From Candidatus Gottesmanbacteria bacterium (GTDB lineage: Bacteria; Patescibacteriota; Microgenomatia; UBA10105; UBA927), in assembly GCA_023245335.1 (NCBI GenBank), contig JAHFKK010000001.1:619282-683281 (forward strand): a stretch of 64,000 bases of DNA. The letters are read 5' to 3'. Positions 29,085-38,710 of this stretch are shown here, one piece after another (within the stretch, counting starts at the first letter, position 1; each line of letters opens with the position of its first letter). The translations under genes and the position numbers were made by a program. Below the pieces are notes generated by a model. That model saw only the letters and a program-made list of their open reading frames with translations. It did not search any database and was not told the origin of the DNA.

Positions 29085-30749
29085 ATGCGGAAGTTTTTAG
29101 ATACCGTCATCTCGAAAAAAATAATCCTCGTCCTCATTATGTTGCTCGCCGCAACCTTGCGGTTGTGGCAACTTGGGAGCGTACCGCCAAACACGTCAAA
29201 TGATGAAGCCTCTATAGGGTATAATGCCTACTCGGTTTCAAAAATCGGTGTGGATGAGTACGGTAAATTCCCTCTTATTTCACAGCGAGCCTATGATGAC
29301 TGGCGGCGGTCTACATATCTCCTGCTTGTGGTGCCGTTTGTTTCAACGCTGGGTTTATACAATATCCCCATCCGGCTGCCCGCTGTTCTATTGGGGTTAT
29401 TCACTATCCTCGCGACCTATTATCTTGTGCGTGCGCTGTTTCGAAAGCGATCCCTTATTTCTGAAATTACCGCCCTTCTTGCAGCTCTTTTTCTGGCTAT
29501 TTCGCCCTGGCATGTCTACATATCGCGCTTAGGGCACGAGTCGAACGCATATATGTCATTTTTTGTCTTCGGCCTTCTGTTTTTTCTCTGGGGCGTCCGG
29601 GACGCGAAGAACATGTTTCTCTCTTTTCTTTTTTTTACCCTCTCGATGATAAGCTATTATGCAGGCCAGGTCATCGTGCCCCTCATAGCGTTGGGGCTTC
29701 TCTTTGTCTATTGGAAAGATCTTACCCGCCTGGTCATATCGGATAAGCGGGTGCTTTTCGGGTTTTTGGCGTTTGTAGTACTCCTTGTGCCTATCCTATG
29801 GTCCATATTTTCTCCGGAAGCGCTCATACGTTTTCATGGGACGAGCACATTTGATCCCTCGGCACATCCCGCAGAGTATGCACAGCTTGTTCTTCGCCGA
29901 AACCAATCCGCCGCCGCCCACGACGTCATCGGCATGATTCTCTACAACAGGAGAATTTTTCCAATCCGAGTATTTGTCGAAGGGTATCTTTCTCATTTCA
30001 GCCCCGGATGGCTCTTTACCAATTCCGGCAAGGAATCGTTCAAAATTCCCAACATGGGCCTTATAAATATATGGGAAATTCCGCTCATACTGATCGGTAT
30101 GCTTGCATTTCTTTTTCACAAGGATGTCGATACCAAGTCAAAGAAGCTTATCGTTCTCTGGTTTTTCCTTGCCGCAGTCCCGGCCGCAATCGCGACCCAA
30201 GCGCCGCACGCGATGCGGGCATACGCGTTTCTTCCGACGTGGGAGATTTTTTCGGCGTTTGGGCTTGCCTATATTTTTTCGCATGCGAAAAAAATACAGA
30301 TAGCTATCCTGGTGCTTTTCCTGGCGGTCGCGGTCTATGATACCCGCGCTTTGTACACGAATTACTTTGTGGTATTTCCGCGCGAACAGTCGGAATCGTT
30401 TTACTACGCCATGTCAAAAGCGGTTCCCTACGTGTTGTCGAAATCCGCGGGCTATGAGTCTGTCGTTTTTTCTAACAAGGACAGTCTATACCAGTCCTAC
30501 ATGGGATTTTTGTACTACAGCCGTTATGACCCGTCACTCTATCAAACGGAGGGCGGGACAAAATCAGGCGGGTTTGCGGAAACGCACCGTTTTGGCAAGT
30601 ATGAGTTCCGTCCGATCCATTGGGAGACCGAAAAAAATGTTGAAAAGACACTGTATGTAGGGAATGTCGCTGACTTTCCTGCGGGCTCCCAATTCATGAC
30701 CTTCACATCTCTGGATGGAAAACCGACCATACTTGCCGTGAGTAAGTAA
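29085..30749 (+). CDS. ArnT/PMT_2-like GT-C glycosyltransferase ('DEA' paralog)
   Basis: PPNTSNDEASIGYNAYSVSKIGVDEYG, YDDWRR, SPWHVYISR, APHAMR and RFGKYEFRPIHW motifs. Confidence 0.85.
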   Translation: MRKFLDTVISKKIILVLIMLLAATLRLWQLGSVPPNTSNDEASIGYNAYSVSKIGVDEYGKFPLISQRAYDDWRRSTYLLLVVPFVSTLGLYNIPIRLPAVLLGLFTILATYYLVRALFRKRSLISEITALLAALFLAISPWHVYISRLGHESNAYMSFFVFGLLFFLWGVRDAKNMFLSFLFFTLSMISYYAGQVIVPLIALGLLFVYWKDLTRLVISDKRVLFGFLAFVVLLVPILWSIFSPEALIRFHGTSTFDPSAHPAEYAQLVLRRNQSAAAHDVIGMILYNRRIFPIRVFVEGYLSHFSPGWLFTNSGKESFKIPNMGLINIWEIPLILIGMLAFLFHKDVDTKSKKLIVLWFFLAAVPAAIATQAPHAMRAYAFLPTWEIFSAFGLAYIFSHAKKIQIAILVLFLAVAVYDTRALYTNYFVVFPREQSESFYYAMSKAVPYVLSKSAGYESVVFSNKDSLYQSYMGFLYYSRYDPSLYQTEGGTKSGGFAETHRFGKYEFRPIHWETEKNVEKTLYVGNVADFPAGSQFMTFTSLDGKPTILAVSK

Positions 30750-30762
30750 TAATTATATTGAC

Positions 30763-32241
30763 ATGAAATATCTCATCCTTTGCCTCGTTGCGGTCGCCGC
30801 AGTATTGGGAATAGCCCTTCGATCTGTTGAAGTCCTGAATCATAACTACGTATTCGTATACGACCAGGGTCTCGACATGTTGGCGGCCCGAAGTATCGCA
30901 GTTGATCACAAGCTGACACTCATAGGAAGCGAAGCGGGTGGGGGATTTGCAGGACTACCGGGCATTTTTCACGGTCCGGGTTATCATTATATATTGGCCG
31001 GGATTTCCGTTTTAACCCGGGGTGATCCGTACGGAGAAATATTTGCTCTTTGGGTTGCCAGCTTGTTGAGCGTTTGGTTTCTTTATCTCATCGGCAAAAG
31101 GCTTTTCGGATTCTGGGGCGGAGTGGCGACGGCTGTCATAGCGCTTGTCTCGCCTGCGTTTATCGGCATGAGCCGGATGATATGGGCGCCAAACTTCGCA
31201 GGGTTATTTGTTGTAGCGTACATTGCCGCACTCCTGGTACGAAAGCACAAAAACTTTTCGGATGGTTTGCTTCTCGGGTTGTCTGCGGCATTCCTGTACA
31301 ATTTTGAAATACCGCTTGCGGCCGCAGCGTGCTTGGGTGCGCTAGCATACCTCATCTTCGTAGACAGGATAAAAGTCTTCCGCGTTTGGGGGGGATTTAT
31401 CCTGGGCTGTGCCGTCGCATTTCTTCCGATGGCAGCTTTTGACGCACGGCACGGCTGGCTTACAACGCGGGGGCTTGTCGGCTTTTTCCTGCATCCTGCC
31501 GTAGTTACAAAGACTGCACCGTTTGATGTCGCTGGGCATCTTTCCGTATTTCTCTACCATGCCAGCGGAATTTTTCCGTTCATCACAGGACTTCCGTTCT
31601 GGTTCTGGTTTGTGCTCCTTGCCCTAGGTGTGTGGTTTTTCCGTCCTGGCGTTAAGGAACGAGAGGCCAGGAACGGAATGTCAGGACTCGTCCTTTTGGT
31701 TTTAGCACATATCGTTCTCTTTCTGCCGTACCGGAATCCTATTTATGGTCATTATCTGACCATATTGTCGTATGTGTACGTTTTGGTCGCGGGAGGAATT
31801 ATAGCTCGTATCATAGCGACGCGCCGGTGGGTCATATTGACGGTCTCCGCCATTTTGTTCATTGTGCCTAGTATCCTTTCGTATCCCAAAACCATCAGTA
31901 CTGATTATCACGACTACGGGGGCACTGCAAAAATCCGCGGTAAGAAAGACGCCGTTGATTTTATTTACCGCGATGCCAAGGGCGCTCCTTTCGGGCTTTT
32001 GGTGTTTTCGCCTCCGGTATACACCTATCCATATGAATATGTACTACAATGGTATGCGAAATCGCGATACGGCTATTTGCCGACGGCGGGAAAAGATAAA
32101 ATCTTTTATCTATTGATCGAACCCGACCCGGAGAAGCCGTGGAGTTACCGTGGTTGGCTTGAAACGGTCATAAAGTCGGGAACGACGATAGCTTCGTGGA
32201 CATTGCCGAGCGGATTTATGATAGAAAAGAGGATGGAGTAG
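30763..32241 (+). CDS. ArnT-like GT-C glycosyltransferase ('DQG' type)
   Basis: FVYDQGLD, FHGPGYHY, VSP..SRMIWAPN and YGHY motifs; ~11 TM. Confidence 0.8.
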   Translation: MKYLILCLVAVAAVLGIALRSVEVLNHNYVFVYDQGLDMLAARSIAVDHKLTLIGSEAGGGFAGLPGIFHGPGYHYILAGISVLTRGDPYGEIFALWVASLLSVWFLYLIGKRLFGFWGGVATAVIALVSPAFIGMSRMIWAPNFAGLFVVAYIAALLVRKHKNFSDGLLLGLSAAFLYNFEIPLAAAACLGALAYLIFVDRIKVFRVWGGFILGCAVAFLPMAAFDARHGWLTTRGLVGFFLHPAVVTKTAPFDVAGHLSVFLYHASGIFPFITGLPFWFWFVLLALGVWFFRPGVKEREARNGMSGLVLLVLAHIVLFLPYRNPIYGHYLTILSYVYVLVAGGIIARIIATRRWVILTVSAILFIVPSILSYPKTISTDYHDYGGTAKIRGKKDAVDFIYRDAKGAPFGLLVFSPPVYTYPYEYVLQWYAKSRYGYLPTAGKDKIFYLLIEPDPEKPWSYRGWLETVIKSGTTIASWTLPSGFMIEKRME

Positions 32242-32245
32242 TTAT

Positions 32246-33883
32246 ATGAATAAAACACCAAGGCATGGATGGTGGTGGCTTGTCGTTTTCGTTCTTTCAC
32301 TTCTGCCTCTTTTGGACCTTTTGCACCCCGGCCTCCCGGTGACGCATGACGGACAGGATCATGTCGCGCGCATCGCGAATTTTTATCAAAGCATTTCGGA
32401 GGGGAATCCCGTTCCCCGATGGGCGGCAAACCTCAATTGGGGATATGGGCATCCGGTTGTCATGTTTTTATACCCGTTGCCGTCCTATGTCGCATCTTTC
32501 TTCCATACTGCGGGATTCTCGTTTGTGGACAGTACGAAGCTCGTATTCGCGGCAGCATTTGCCGCTAGCATGCTCGCTATGTTTCTTTGGTTGAGTGCGG
32601 TTTGGGGGGTGATACCGGGCGTTGTCGGAGCGGTGTTGTACGGATTTGCACCCTATCGGTTTGTGGATCTGTACGTGCGGGGGGCGATCGGGGAGCATGT
32701 GGCGTTTGTGTTTTTGCCGGTGGTTTTATGGGGGATTTCGATACTCAAAAAGAAACGAATGTCTCGGACGGGGATAGCGGCTGTTACCTTAGGGACTACT
32801 GCGCTCATCCTTTCCCATAATGCGCTAAGTATTATGTTTTTGCCGATCATTCTCTTCTATGTTCTGTATGTATCCTTCGATCATGAAGATAATCCGTTGA
32901 GTCTTTTGGTGATCTCGGCGATCTCAATCGGTACAGGATTTGTGCTGTCGGCGTTTTTTTGGGTGCCGGCCTTTCTGGAAGGGAAGTATACGCTCCGGGA
33001 CATAGTGACTGCCGGGCAGTTCAATGAAAGGTTCGTTCCCTGGCTATGGTTTATCTATTCCCAGTGGAATTATGGAGGCGGAGATACGCTCTCTAAATCT
33101 TTAGGGTGGGCGCAACTTGTCGCAATCGTCATGTCCGTTGTAGCGCTTGCGAAACGCAAAAAGGATCGTGTGCTCCTCGGAGGCGCTCTTTGTATTCTTT
33201 TTGTGTCGCTTATCGTCATGACGTCGCTTTCCGGCCCTCTTTGGATTCATGTGAGCTTGCTGCAGAAATTCCAGTTTCCCTGGAGGTTTCTCTCCTTGAG
33301 CGTTTTTGCGACCGCGTTTCTCGGCGCCCTTTTTGTCGCATCGATCGAGAAAAAGCAAAAGGTGATCGCGCTGGGTCTTTGTTCCCTCGCAATACTCGGT
33401 ACGGCCAACATGTGGCGCGCACGGGTCTACAAGACGTATCCCGAGTCGTTTTTTACCGGCATATATCACGGGACGACGGATACCGGGGAAAGCAGTCCCA
33501 TCTGGTCGATCCGGTTTATGGAGCACGAAGCCACGTCCTCGATGTCCCTGGTATCCGGAGCGGCAGTGATAAGTCCTCAATCGCGGACGACTACCAGACA
33601 TACGTACGAGGTGACCGCAAGCGCCCAATCACGATTGGTAGAAAATACGCTGTATTTTCCGGGCTGGAATGTCTTGGTGGATAGAACGCCCGCCGCACTT
33701 CAGTTTCAGGATCCCTCATATCGCGGGCTTATGACGTTTATGGTGTCACCCGGCTCACATACGGTTGACGTGGTTTTTACCGATACAAAACTGAGGAAAT
33801 TAAGTAATGCCGCGAGCCTTGGAAGCTTCGTGCTGTTTACCCTCGTTCTTGGTACAATGCCCCTATGGCGGCGAAAAAAATGA
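32246..33883 (+). CDS. PTPS-related (GT-C-like) membrane protein
   Basis: VTHDGQDHVAR, PRWAANLNWGYGHP, APYR..VRGAIGE, FQFPWRFL and YFPGW motifs; paralog of 20195. Confidence 0.87.
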   Translation: MNKTPRHGWWWLVVFVLSLLPLLDLLHPGLPVTHDGQDHVARIANFYQSISEGNPVPRWAANLNWGYGHPVVMFLYPLPSYVASFFHTAGFSFVDSTKLVFAAAFAASMLAMFLWLSAVWGVIPGVVGAVLYGFAPYRFVDLYVRGAIGEHVAFVFLPVVLWGISILKKKRMSRTGIAAVTLGTTALILSHNALSIMFLPIILFYVLYVSFDHEDNPLSLLVISAISIGTGFVLSAFFWVPAFLEGKYTLRDIVTAGQFNERFVPWLWFIYSQWNYGGGDTLSKSLGWAQLVAIVMSVVALAKRKKDRVLLGGALCILFVSLIVMTSLSGPLWIHVSLLQKFQFPWRFLSLSVFATAFLGALFVASIEKKQKVIALGLCSLAILGTANMWRARVYKTYPESFFTGIYHGTTDTGESSPIWSIRFMEHEATSSMSLVSGAAVISPQSRTTTRHTYEVTASAQSRLVENTLYFPGWNVLVDRTPAALQFQDPSYRGLMTFMVSPGSHTVDVVFTDTKLRKLSNAASLGSFVLFTLVLGTMPLWRRKK

Positions 33884-34638
33884 AGATGTCCGTCGCGATG
33901 GCGACGTTCAACGAAGAAAAGAATCTCGATGCATGTCTCGGAACGGTGAGCGCGTGGGTCGATGAAACGGTCATTGTCGATGGGGGATCAAAGGATAGGA
34001 CTGTCGCAATCGCGAGGAAGTACGGCGCAACCGTCATCGAAACGGACAATCCGCCGATATTCCATATCAATAAGCAAAAGGCTCTGGATGCGTGTCACGG
34101 GGACTGGATACTGCAGTTGGACGCCGACGAAGTGGTAGACGGTGCGCTCCGTGATGAGATACTCGCGGTCATACATAATCCCGATGCCAAAGACGCATAC
34201 TACCTGCCCCGAAAGAATTTCTTCATAGGACACTGGTTGTCCAAGGGGGGACAATATCCCGACTACCTTATCCGTCTCTTCCGAAATGGCAAAGGGAAAT
34301 TCCCGAATAGAAGCGTTCATGAACAGATTGCAGTATCGGGATCGGTCGGGTATCTTACCAAACCACTTTTGCACTATACAAACCGGACATTTGCCGATTA
34401 TTGGCGAAAAGCGGGCACCTATACGACGCTCACCTCGGATGAGCTTCTAGCCTGTCACACAGGTAAAGACCCTCTAACATTTGTGCGCTTCATGGTCCTA
34501 AAGCCTCTATGGACTTTTCTAAGGCTGTATATCCGTCACAAAGGCTTTGTTGACGGCATGTGGGGATTTCTATTTGCGCTTTTTTCCGGACTTCATTACC
34601 CGATCGCGTATTGGAAATATCTGACCCGCGCGGCATAA
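33880..34638 (+). CDS. GT2 glycosyltransferase, WaaE/KdtX-like
   Basis: ATGA overlap at 33880 preferred over 33865. Motifs TFNEE, VDGGSKD, WILQLDADE, YPDYLIRLF, VHE, GFVDG. Confidence 0.88.
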   Translation: MKMSVAMATFNEEKNLDACLGTVSAWVDETVIVDGGSKDRTVAIARKYGATVIETDNPPIFHINKQKALDACHGDWILQLDADEVVDGALRDEILAVIHNPDAKDAYYLPRKNFFIGHWLSKGGQYPDYLIRLFRNGKGKFPNRSVHEQIAVSGSVGYLTKPLLHYTNRTFADYWRKAGTYTTLTSDELLACHTGKDPLTFVRFMVLKPLWTFLRLYIRHKGFVDGMWGFLFALFSGLHYPIAYWKYLTRAA

Positions 34639-34655
34639 GCTAAGGGAGAAATTAT

Positions 34656-35822
34656 ATGGTCAAACGCCGTTACACAGTATTCCGATTCCGTCATATAGTA
34701 CCTTTATTACTTTTCGTCGCGGTCCTTGTAACTCCGCTCTCCATCGTCATTCCCCGATGGGCTTATTACTTAAGTCCATATTATGGAGAAGCTATTTTCA
34801 AGGGATTAGAGCGTGCATTTAATACGTCTCAATACCGTGTAAAAAATAGCCCCTCAATAATGCCGGATGAAACGCTATTTTCCTATGTTTCGGGCGCATA
34901 TCTCCGCGGTATGGATCCGATACTCGCTAATTCCGAGCACACGCCTTTGGGGAAATATATGATCGCCGTATCCATATATTTTCTCCATAATGACCGTTTT
35001 CCCACACTCGTCTTTGGAGTGCTATCCGGAGTGAGCATATGGCTCGTGGGATCTATGGCGTTAGGGAGCAGTACGCTGGCCCTCATTCCCGTACTTATAA
35101 TCACTCTTGACCGGTTGTTTACGAACCAACTCATTATTGCGCCGCTTTTGGATATCATCCAGCTGCCGTTTATCTTTTTTGCTCTCGCGGCATTCATACA
35201 TGAGCGTCAGAGCGGGAAGTATATCTTCACTGCCGTAAGTATCGGGACAGTCATAGCGACAAAAACGGTAGTGCCTGGCATACTTTTGGTAGGGTGTATG
35301 GGCCTGTTTCTTTTGTTGAGGAAAGATATCCGCGGAGCAGTGACGTTTAGCCTTTGGTTGCCGATCGCATTTCTTGTGTTGCTACTCTCGTACACACGGA
35401 CATTTATGAGCGGATATACTTTTTGGGATTTTCTCAAATTTCAGAAATGGATATTTTTGTATCAGGGCAGTAAGCTCATATATCCGTTTTCTTCTCTGCG
35501 GCTTCTCCTTTTTAACCAGTGGCAGACCTGGTGGGCAGGAAACAAGATCGTGTCAGCTGTCGACTGGAGCATACTTTGGCCCATAAGCACGGTGAGCTCG
35601 GTTGGCGTGGGAATATGGATGGCCGTCCGTAAGACCTGGGCCAACAAGATGTTGTCGTTACTCCTGCTTTGGATAGTCGTGTACCAACTTTTCTTATGTC
35701 TCGGCGTCGTGTCCTCCCGCTTTTTTCTGCCTCTACTTCCGGCACAATACATTCTCCTTACCTATGGTGCTATGGTTATTTGGAACCATCTGCGGGCCCG
35801 AAATGCCACACGAGCCCGGTGA
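34656..35822 (+). CDS. Compact PMT-like GT-C membrane protein
   Basis: PDETLF...NSEHTPLGKYMIA resembles the DE...HPPLGK loop of protein O-mannosyltransferases; ~9-10 TM; GGGAG upstream. Confidence 0.65.
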   Translation: MVKRRYTVFRFRHIVPLLLFVAVLVTPLSIVIPRWAYYLSPYYGEAIFKGLERAFNTSQYRVKNSPSIMPDETLFSYVSGAYLRGMDPILANSEHTPLGKYMIAVSIYFLHNDRFPTLVFGVLSGVSIWLVGSMALGSSTLALIPVLIITLDRLFTNQLIIAPLLDIIQLPFIFFALAAFIHERQSGKYIFTAVSIGTVIATKTVVPGILLVGCMGLFLLLRKDIRGAVTFSLWLPIAFLVLLLSYTRTFMSGYTFWDFLKFQKWIFLYQGSKLIYPFSSLRLLLFNQWQTWWAGNKIVSAVDWSILWPISTVSSVGVGIWMAVRKTWANKMLSLLLLWIVVYQLFLCLGVVSSRFFLPLLPAQYILLTYGAMVIWNHLRARNATRAR

Positions 35823-35867
35823 TTTGTATTCACCCGTTGTATCCGTTATACTCATCCGCAAGCCTTT

Positions 35868-36932
35868 ATGCGTATCGCCATAAGCACACTTCCGCTTACG
35901 ACCGGTCACAAAGACAGGGGCATCGGGACATATACGCGTGAGCTTGTTGAAGCCCTCAAATCCGTAAAGTCCAAGCACTCTTTTTCGTTTTTTTCTAAGG
36001 ATTCTGAAATTCCCAAAAATGCGGACGTCGTTCATTATCCGTTTTTTGACCCTTTCTTCTTGACGCTTCCGGTATTTCGCGGGAAGCCTACGGTCGTCAC
36101 CGTACATGATCTTATTCCGATTGTGTTTCCGGAGCATTTCCCCCGCGGAATCCGAGGCGAAGTGAAATGGCAGGTGCAGAGGAAAAACCTCACCGGGGTG
36201 ACGCACGTCATCACTGACTCCGAATGCTCAAAGCGGGATATCGTTCGTTTTGTCGGGCTGGATGACGCTAAGATTACGGTCGTACCGCTCGCGCCGCCTG
36301 CCAGTATGACCCCCATGCGTGATCCTACCAAACTCGCAGCGATTATGGAGCGCTATCATTTGCCTCATCATTTTGCCATGTATGTGGGAGACGTGAATTG
36401 GAATAAAAATATTATCGGATTACTTCATGCATGGCAGCGTGTTACGGCGAGGAGAAATTTGCCGGAAGGAGCCAAACTCATACTTGTCGGTAAAGCGTTT
36501 AAACAGGAAGGGTTGCTGGAGGCCGAGGCGATAGAGCGGACCATCCAGGAACTTCGGATAGGAGACTCTGTTCATCGTGTCGGGTACGTACCGGACGAGG
36601 ACCTGCGCGGGCTCTACATGCTTTCCCATGCATGTGTATTTCCATCACTTTATGAGGGATTCGGTTTGCCCATTCTCGAAGCCATGTCCTGTGGCGGTAT
36701 AGTCGTATCTTCTTCAGCTGCCAGCCTTTCCGAAGTGGCAGGACCCGCTGTTATCGTAAATCCCGAAGATCCCAAAGATATCGCATCGGGTATACTGAAA
36801 GCATGTCAGCTTCCTACGCAAAAACGCGAGGAGCTTGTGGACGAGGGTATCGCTTGGGCAAAGCGGTTTACCTGGCCACGTGTTGCGAGGGCTACGATAG
36901 CGGTGTATGAACACATGGCGGAAAGACCTTAA
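35868..36932 (+). CDS. GT4 family 1 (MtfB/WbdA-like mannosyltransferase)
   Basis: RGIGTY, VTVHDLIP, TDSECSKRD, WNKN and PSLYEGFGLPILEAM motifs. Confidence 0.9.
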   Translation: MRIAISTLPLTTGHKDRGIGTYTRELVEALKSVKSKHSFSFFSKDSEIPKNADVVHYPFFDPFFLTLPVFRGKPTVVTVHDLIPIVFPEHFPRGIRGEVKWQVQRKNLTGVTHVITDSECSKRDIVRFVGLDDAKITVVPLAPPASMTPMRDPTKLAAIMERYHLPHHFAMYVGDVNWNKNIIGLLHAWQRVTARRNLPEGAKLILVGKAFKQEGLLEAEAIERTIQELRIGDSVHRVGYVPDEDLRGLYMLSHACVFPSLYEGFGLPILEAMSCGGIVVSSSAASLSEVAGPAVIVNPEDPKDIASGILKACQLPTQKREELVDEGIAWAKRFTWPRVARATIAVYEHMAERP

Positions 36933-37989
36933 ATTCATTCTCCCCGCGTTTCTCATCTGGCGCATAAGCTTATACGGAATAGAGCTTGTCAGCCGAGGGT
37001 GGTGGCAGCCACAGTTTCTTTTCCTCATGAGTCATTGGGCGAATTTCGACGGATTGCAGTATATCGTGATCGCGACGCAAGGATATCTGCAGTACCAACA
37101 AGCGTATTTTCCGCTCTATCCCATCTTAATCGCGCTGGTTCATATACTTAATCCCGGATTCCCGCCTGTTACGACGGCACTTATCATCTCGCATCTAGCA
37201 TTTTTTGCGGGCTTACTCTGCTTTTATCGGTTCGCGAGACAGTATGGTGAGGACGTTGCCCGTTGGGCAACGCTTCTGCTCCTTACGTTTCCGATGAGTT
37301 ATTACTTCGCAAGCGCGTACACGGAAAGTCTATTTTTTTGTTTGGTCGCAGCTTTTTTACTTTTGTGCCGAAATAAATATTTTCTGTGGGCCGCAGTTAT
37401 CGGGATGTTTGCCTCAGCGACACGGTTAGTCGGCATACTTCTTCTCCCGTATCTCGTTTGGGAAATGTGGCGCGATGGGCGGAAATGGGGTATGAGTGTC
37501 GCACTTTTGGCGCCTTTGGGCCTTGCGGCATATATGGTATTTCTTCTCTATACCACGGGAGATCCTCTGGCATTTATCCACGTGCAGCCGTATTTCGGCG
37601 CGCACAGGACCGGCGGAACGATCGTACTCCTTCCTCAAGTGCTGTGGCGATACTTCAAAATTCTCACAAGTGTTTCTCCGCGGACATTTTCATATTGGGT
37701 GGCCGTTTCCGAGTTAGCAGCATTATTTTACGGTGCATATGTTATTCTCCGGGCGCTTTTGAAACGGGAGTTTGTCGCATTGAGCATCTACTGTGCGGCC
37801 GTACTTCTGTTGCCGACACTGACGGGTACACTGTCATCTCTCCCGCGATATATTCTTTCTGCATTCCCGCTTTTCATTGTCACGGCAAAGTTGCATAATG
37901 ATCGGATAAAGATAGCGATGTTCGCGATCGGAGCGGTCGGATTGACCGTCGCGACGTCGTTTTACCTTTCCGGATATTTTATTTCATAA
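36907..37989 (+). CDS. PIG-V/GT76-like membrane mannosyltransferase
   Basis: WANFDGLQY..IA..GY....AYFPLYP, YTESLF, ATRLVG and SSLPRY motifs. Confidence 0.82.
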   Translation: MNTWRKDLKFILPAFLIWRISLYGIELVSRGWWQPQFLFLMSHWANFDGLQYIVIATQGYLQYQQAYFPLYPILIALVHILNPGFPPVTTALIISHLAFFAGLLCFYRFARQYGEDVARWATLLLLTFPMSYYFASAYTESLFFCLVAAFLLLCRNKYFLWAAVIGMFASATRLVGILLLPYLVWEMWRDGRKWGMSVALLAPLGLAAYMVFLLYTTGDPLAFIHVQPYFGAHRTGGTIVLLPQVLWRYFKILTSVSPRTFSYWVAVSELAALFYGAYVILRALLKREFVALSIYCAAVLLLPTLTGTLSSLPRYILSAFPLFIVTAKLHNDRIKIAMFAIGAVGLTVATSFYLSGYFIS

Positions 37990-37993
37990 CTTT

Positions 37994-38710
37994 ATGCCGA
38001 CAGTATCCATACTTATCCCGGTTTTTAACGAGGAAAATACGATCGTTTCCACTTTGGAGCGCGTGTCGGGGGCGGTAACGCCGGGATGGAAGAAGCAGAT
38101 GATAGTCGTGGATGACGGGTCAACCGATGGTACGTGGTCTGAGCTTAGCGGGTGGAAAAAGCGCTGCACCGTGGTCCGGTCCCCAAAAAACGGAGGCAAA
38201 GGAACAGCTTTGTCACTGGGGTTTGCCAAGGCAGTAGGAGACCTCATACTTATCCAGGATGCGGATTTGGAATATAGCCCTGATGATTACCCTGTGCTCC
38301 TCAAACCGTTTGATGACCCCCGCGTCCAGGTAGTCTACGGGTCTCGCTTTTTGGGGTCCCACCTTTCCACCATGTTTATTTATGCATTGGGAAACAAATT
38401 CGTCACACTGATAACGAACATTCTCTTCAACACCAATATAAGCGACATGGAAACCGGTTATAAAGTATTCCGGAAAAATGTGCTTACGGATGTCATGCCC
38501 ATCACGGCTCATAGATTTGATTTCGAACCCGAATTTACAGCAAAGGCGCTTCGTGCCGGGTACCAGATCTACGAAGTGCCGATTTCGTATTTCGGACGCA
38601 AATTTTCCGAAGGCAAGAAGTTGACGTGGCGAGACGGAATAGCCGCGTTAGGAACGCTTCTTAGACTCCGTTGGTGGCGACCGGAGAGTCTCACAAAGGA
38701 GAGCGCGTGA
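37994..38710 (+). CDS. GT2 polyprenol-phosphate glycosyltransferase (DPM1-like)
   Basis: IPVFNEE, DDGSTD, GKGTAL, IQDADLEYSP, VYGSRF, DMETGYK, FEPE and EGKKL motifs. Confidence 0.9.
   Translation: MPTVSILIPVFNEENTIVSTLERVSGAVTPGWKKQMIVVDDGSTDGTWSELSGWKKRCTVVRSPKNGGKGTALSLGFAKAVGDLILIQDADLEYSPDDYPVLLKPFDDPRVQVVYGSRFLGSHLSTMFIYALGNKFVTLITNILFNTNISDMETGYKVFRKNVLTDVMPITAHRFDFEPEFTAKALRAGYQIYEVPISYFGRKFSEGKKLTWRDGIAALGTLLRLRWWRPESLTKESA

Noticed and set aside
20195-33883. PTPS-related proteins as pterin-biosynthesis enzymes
   Set aside because: The family name is misleading. These are multi-TM proteins with GT-C-like loops and no T-fold PTPS motifs.
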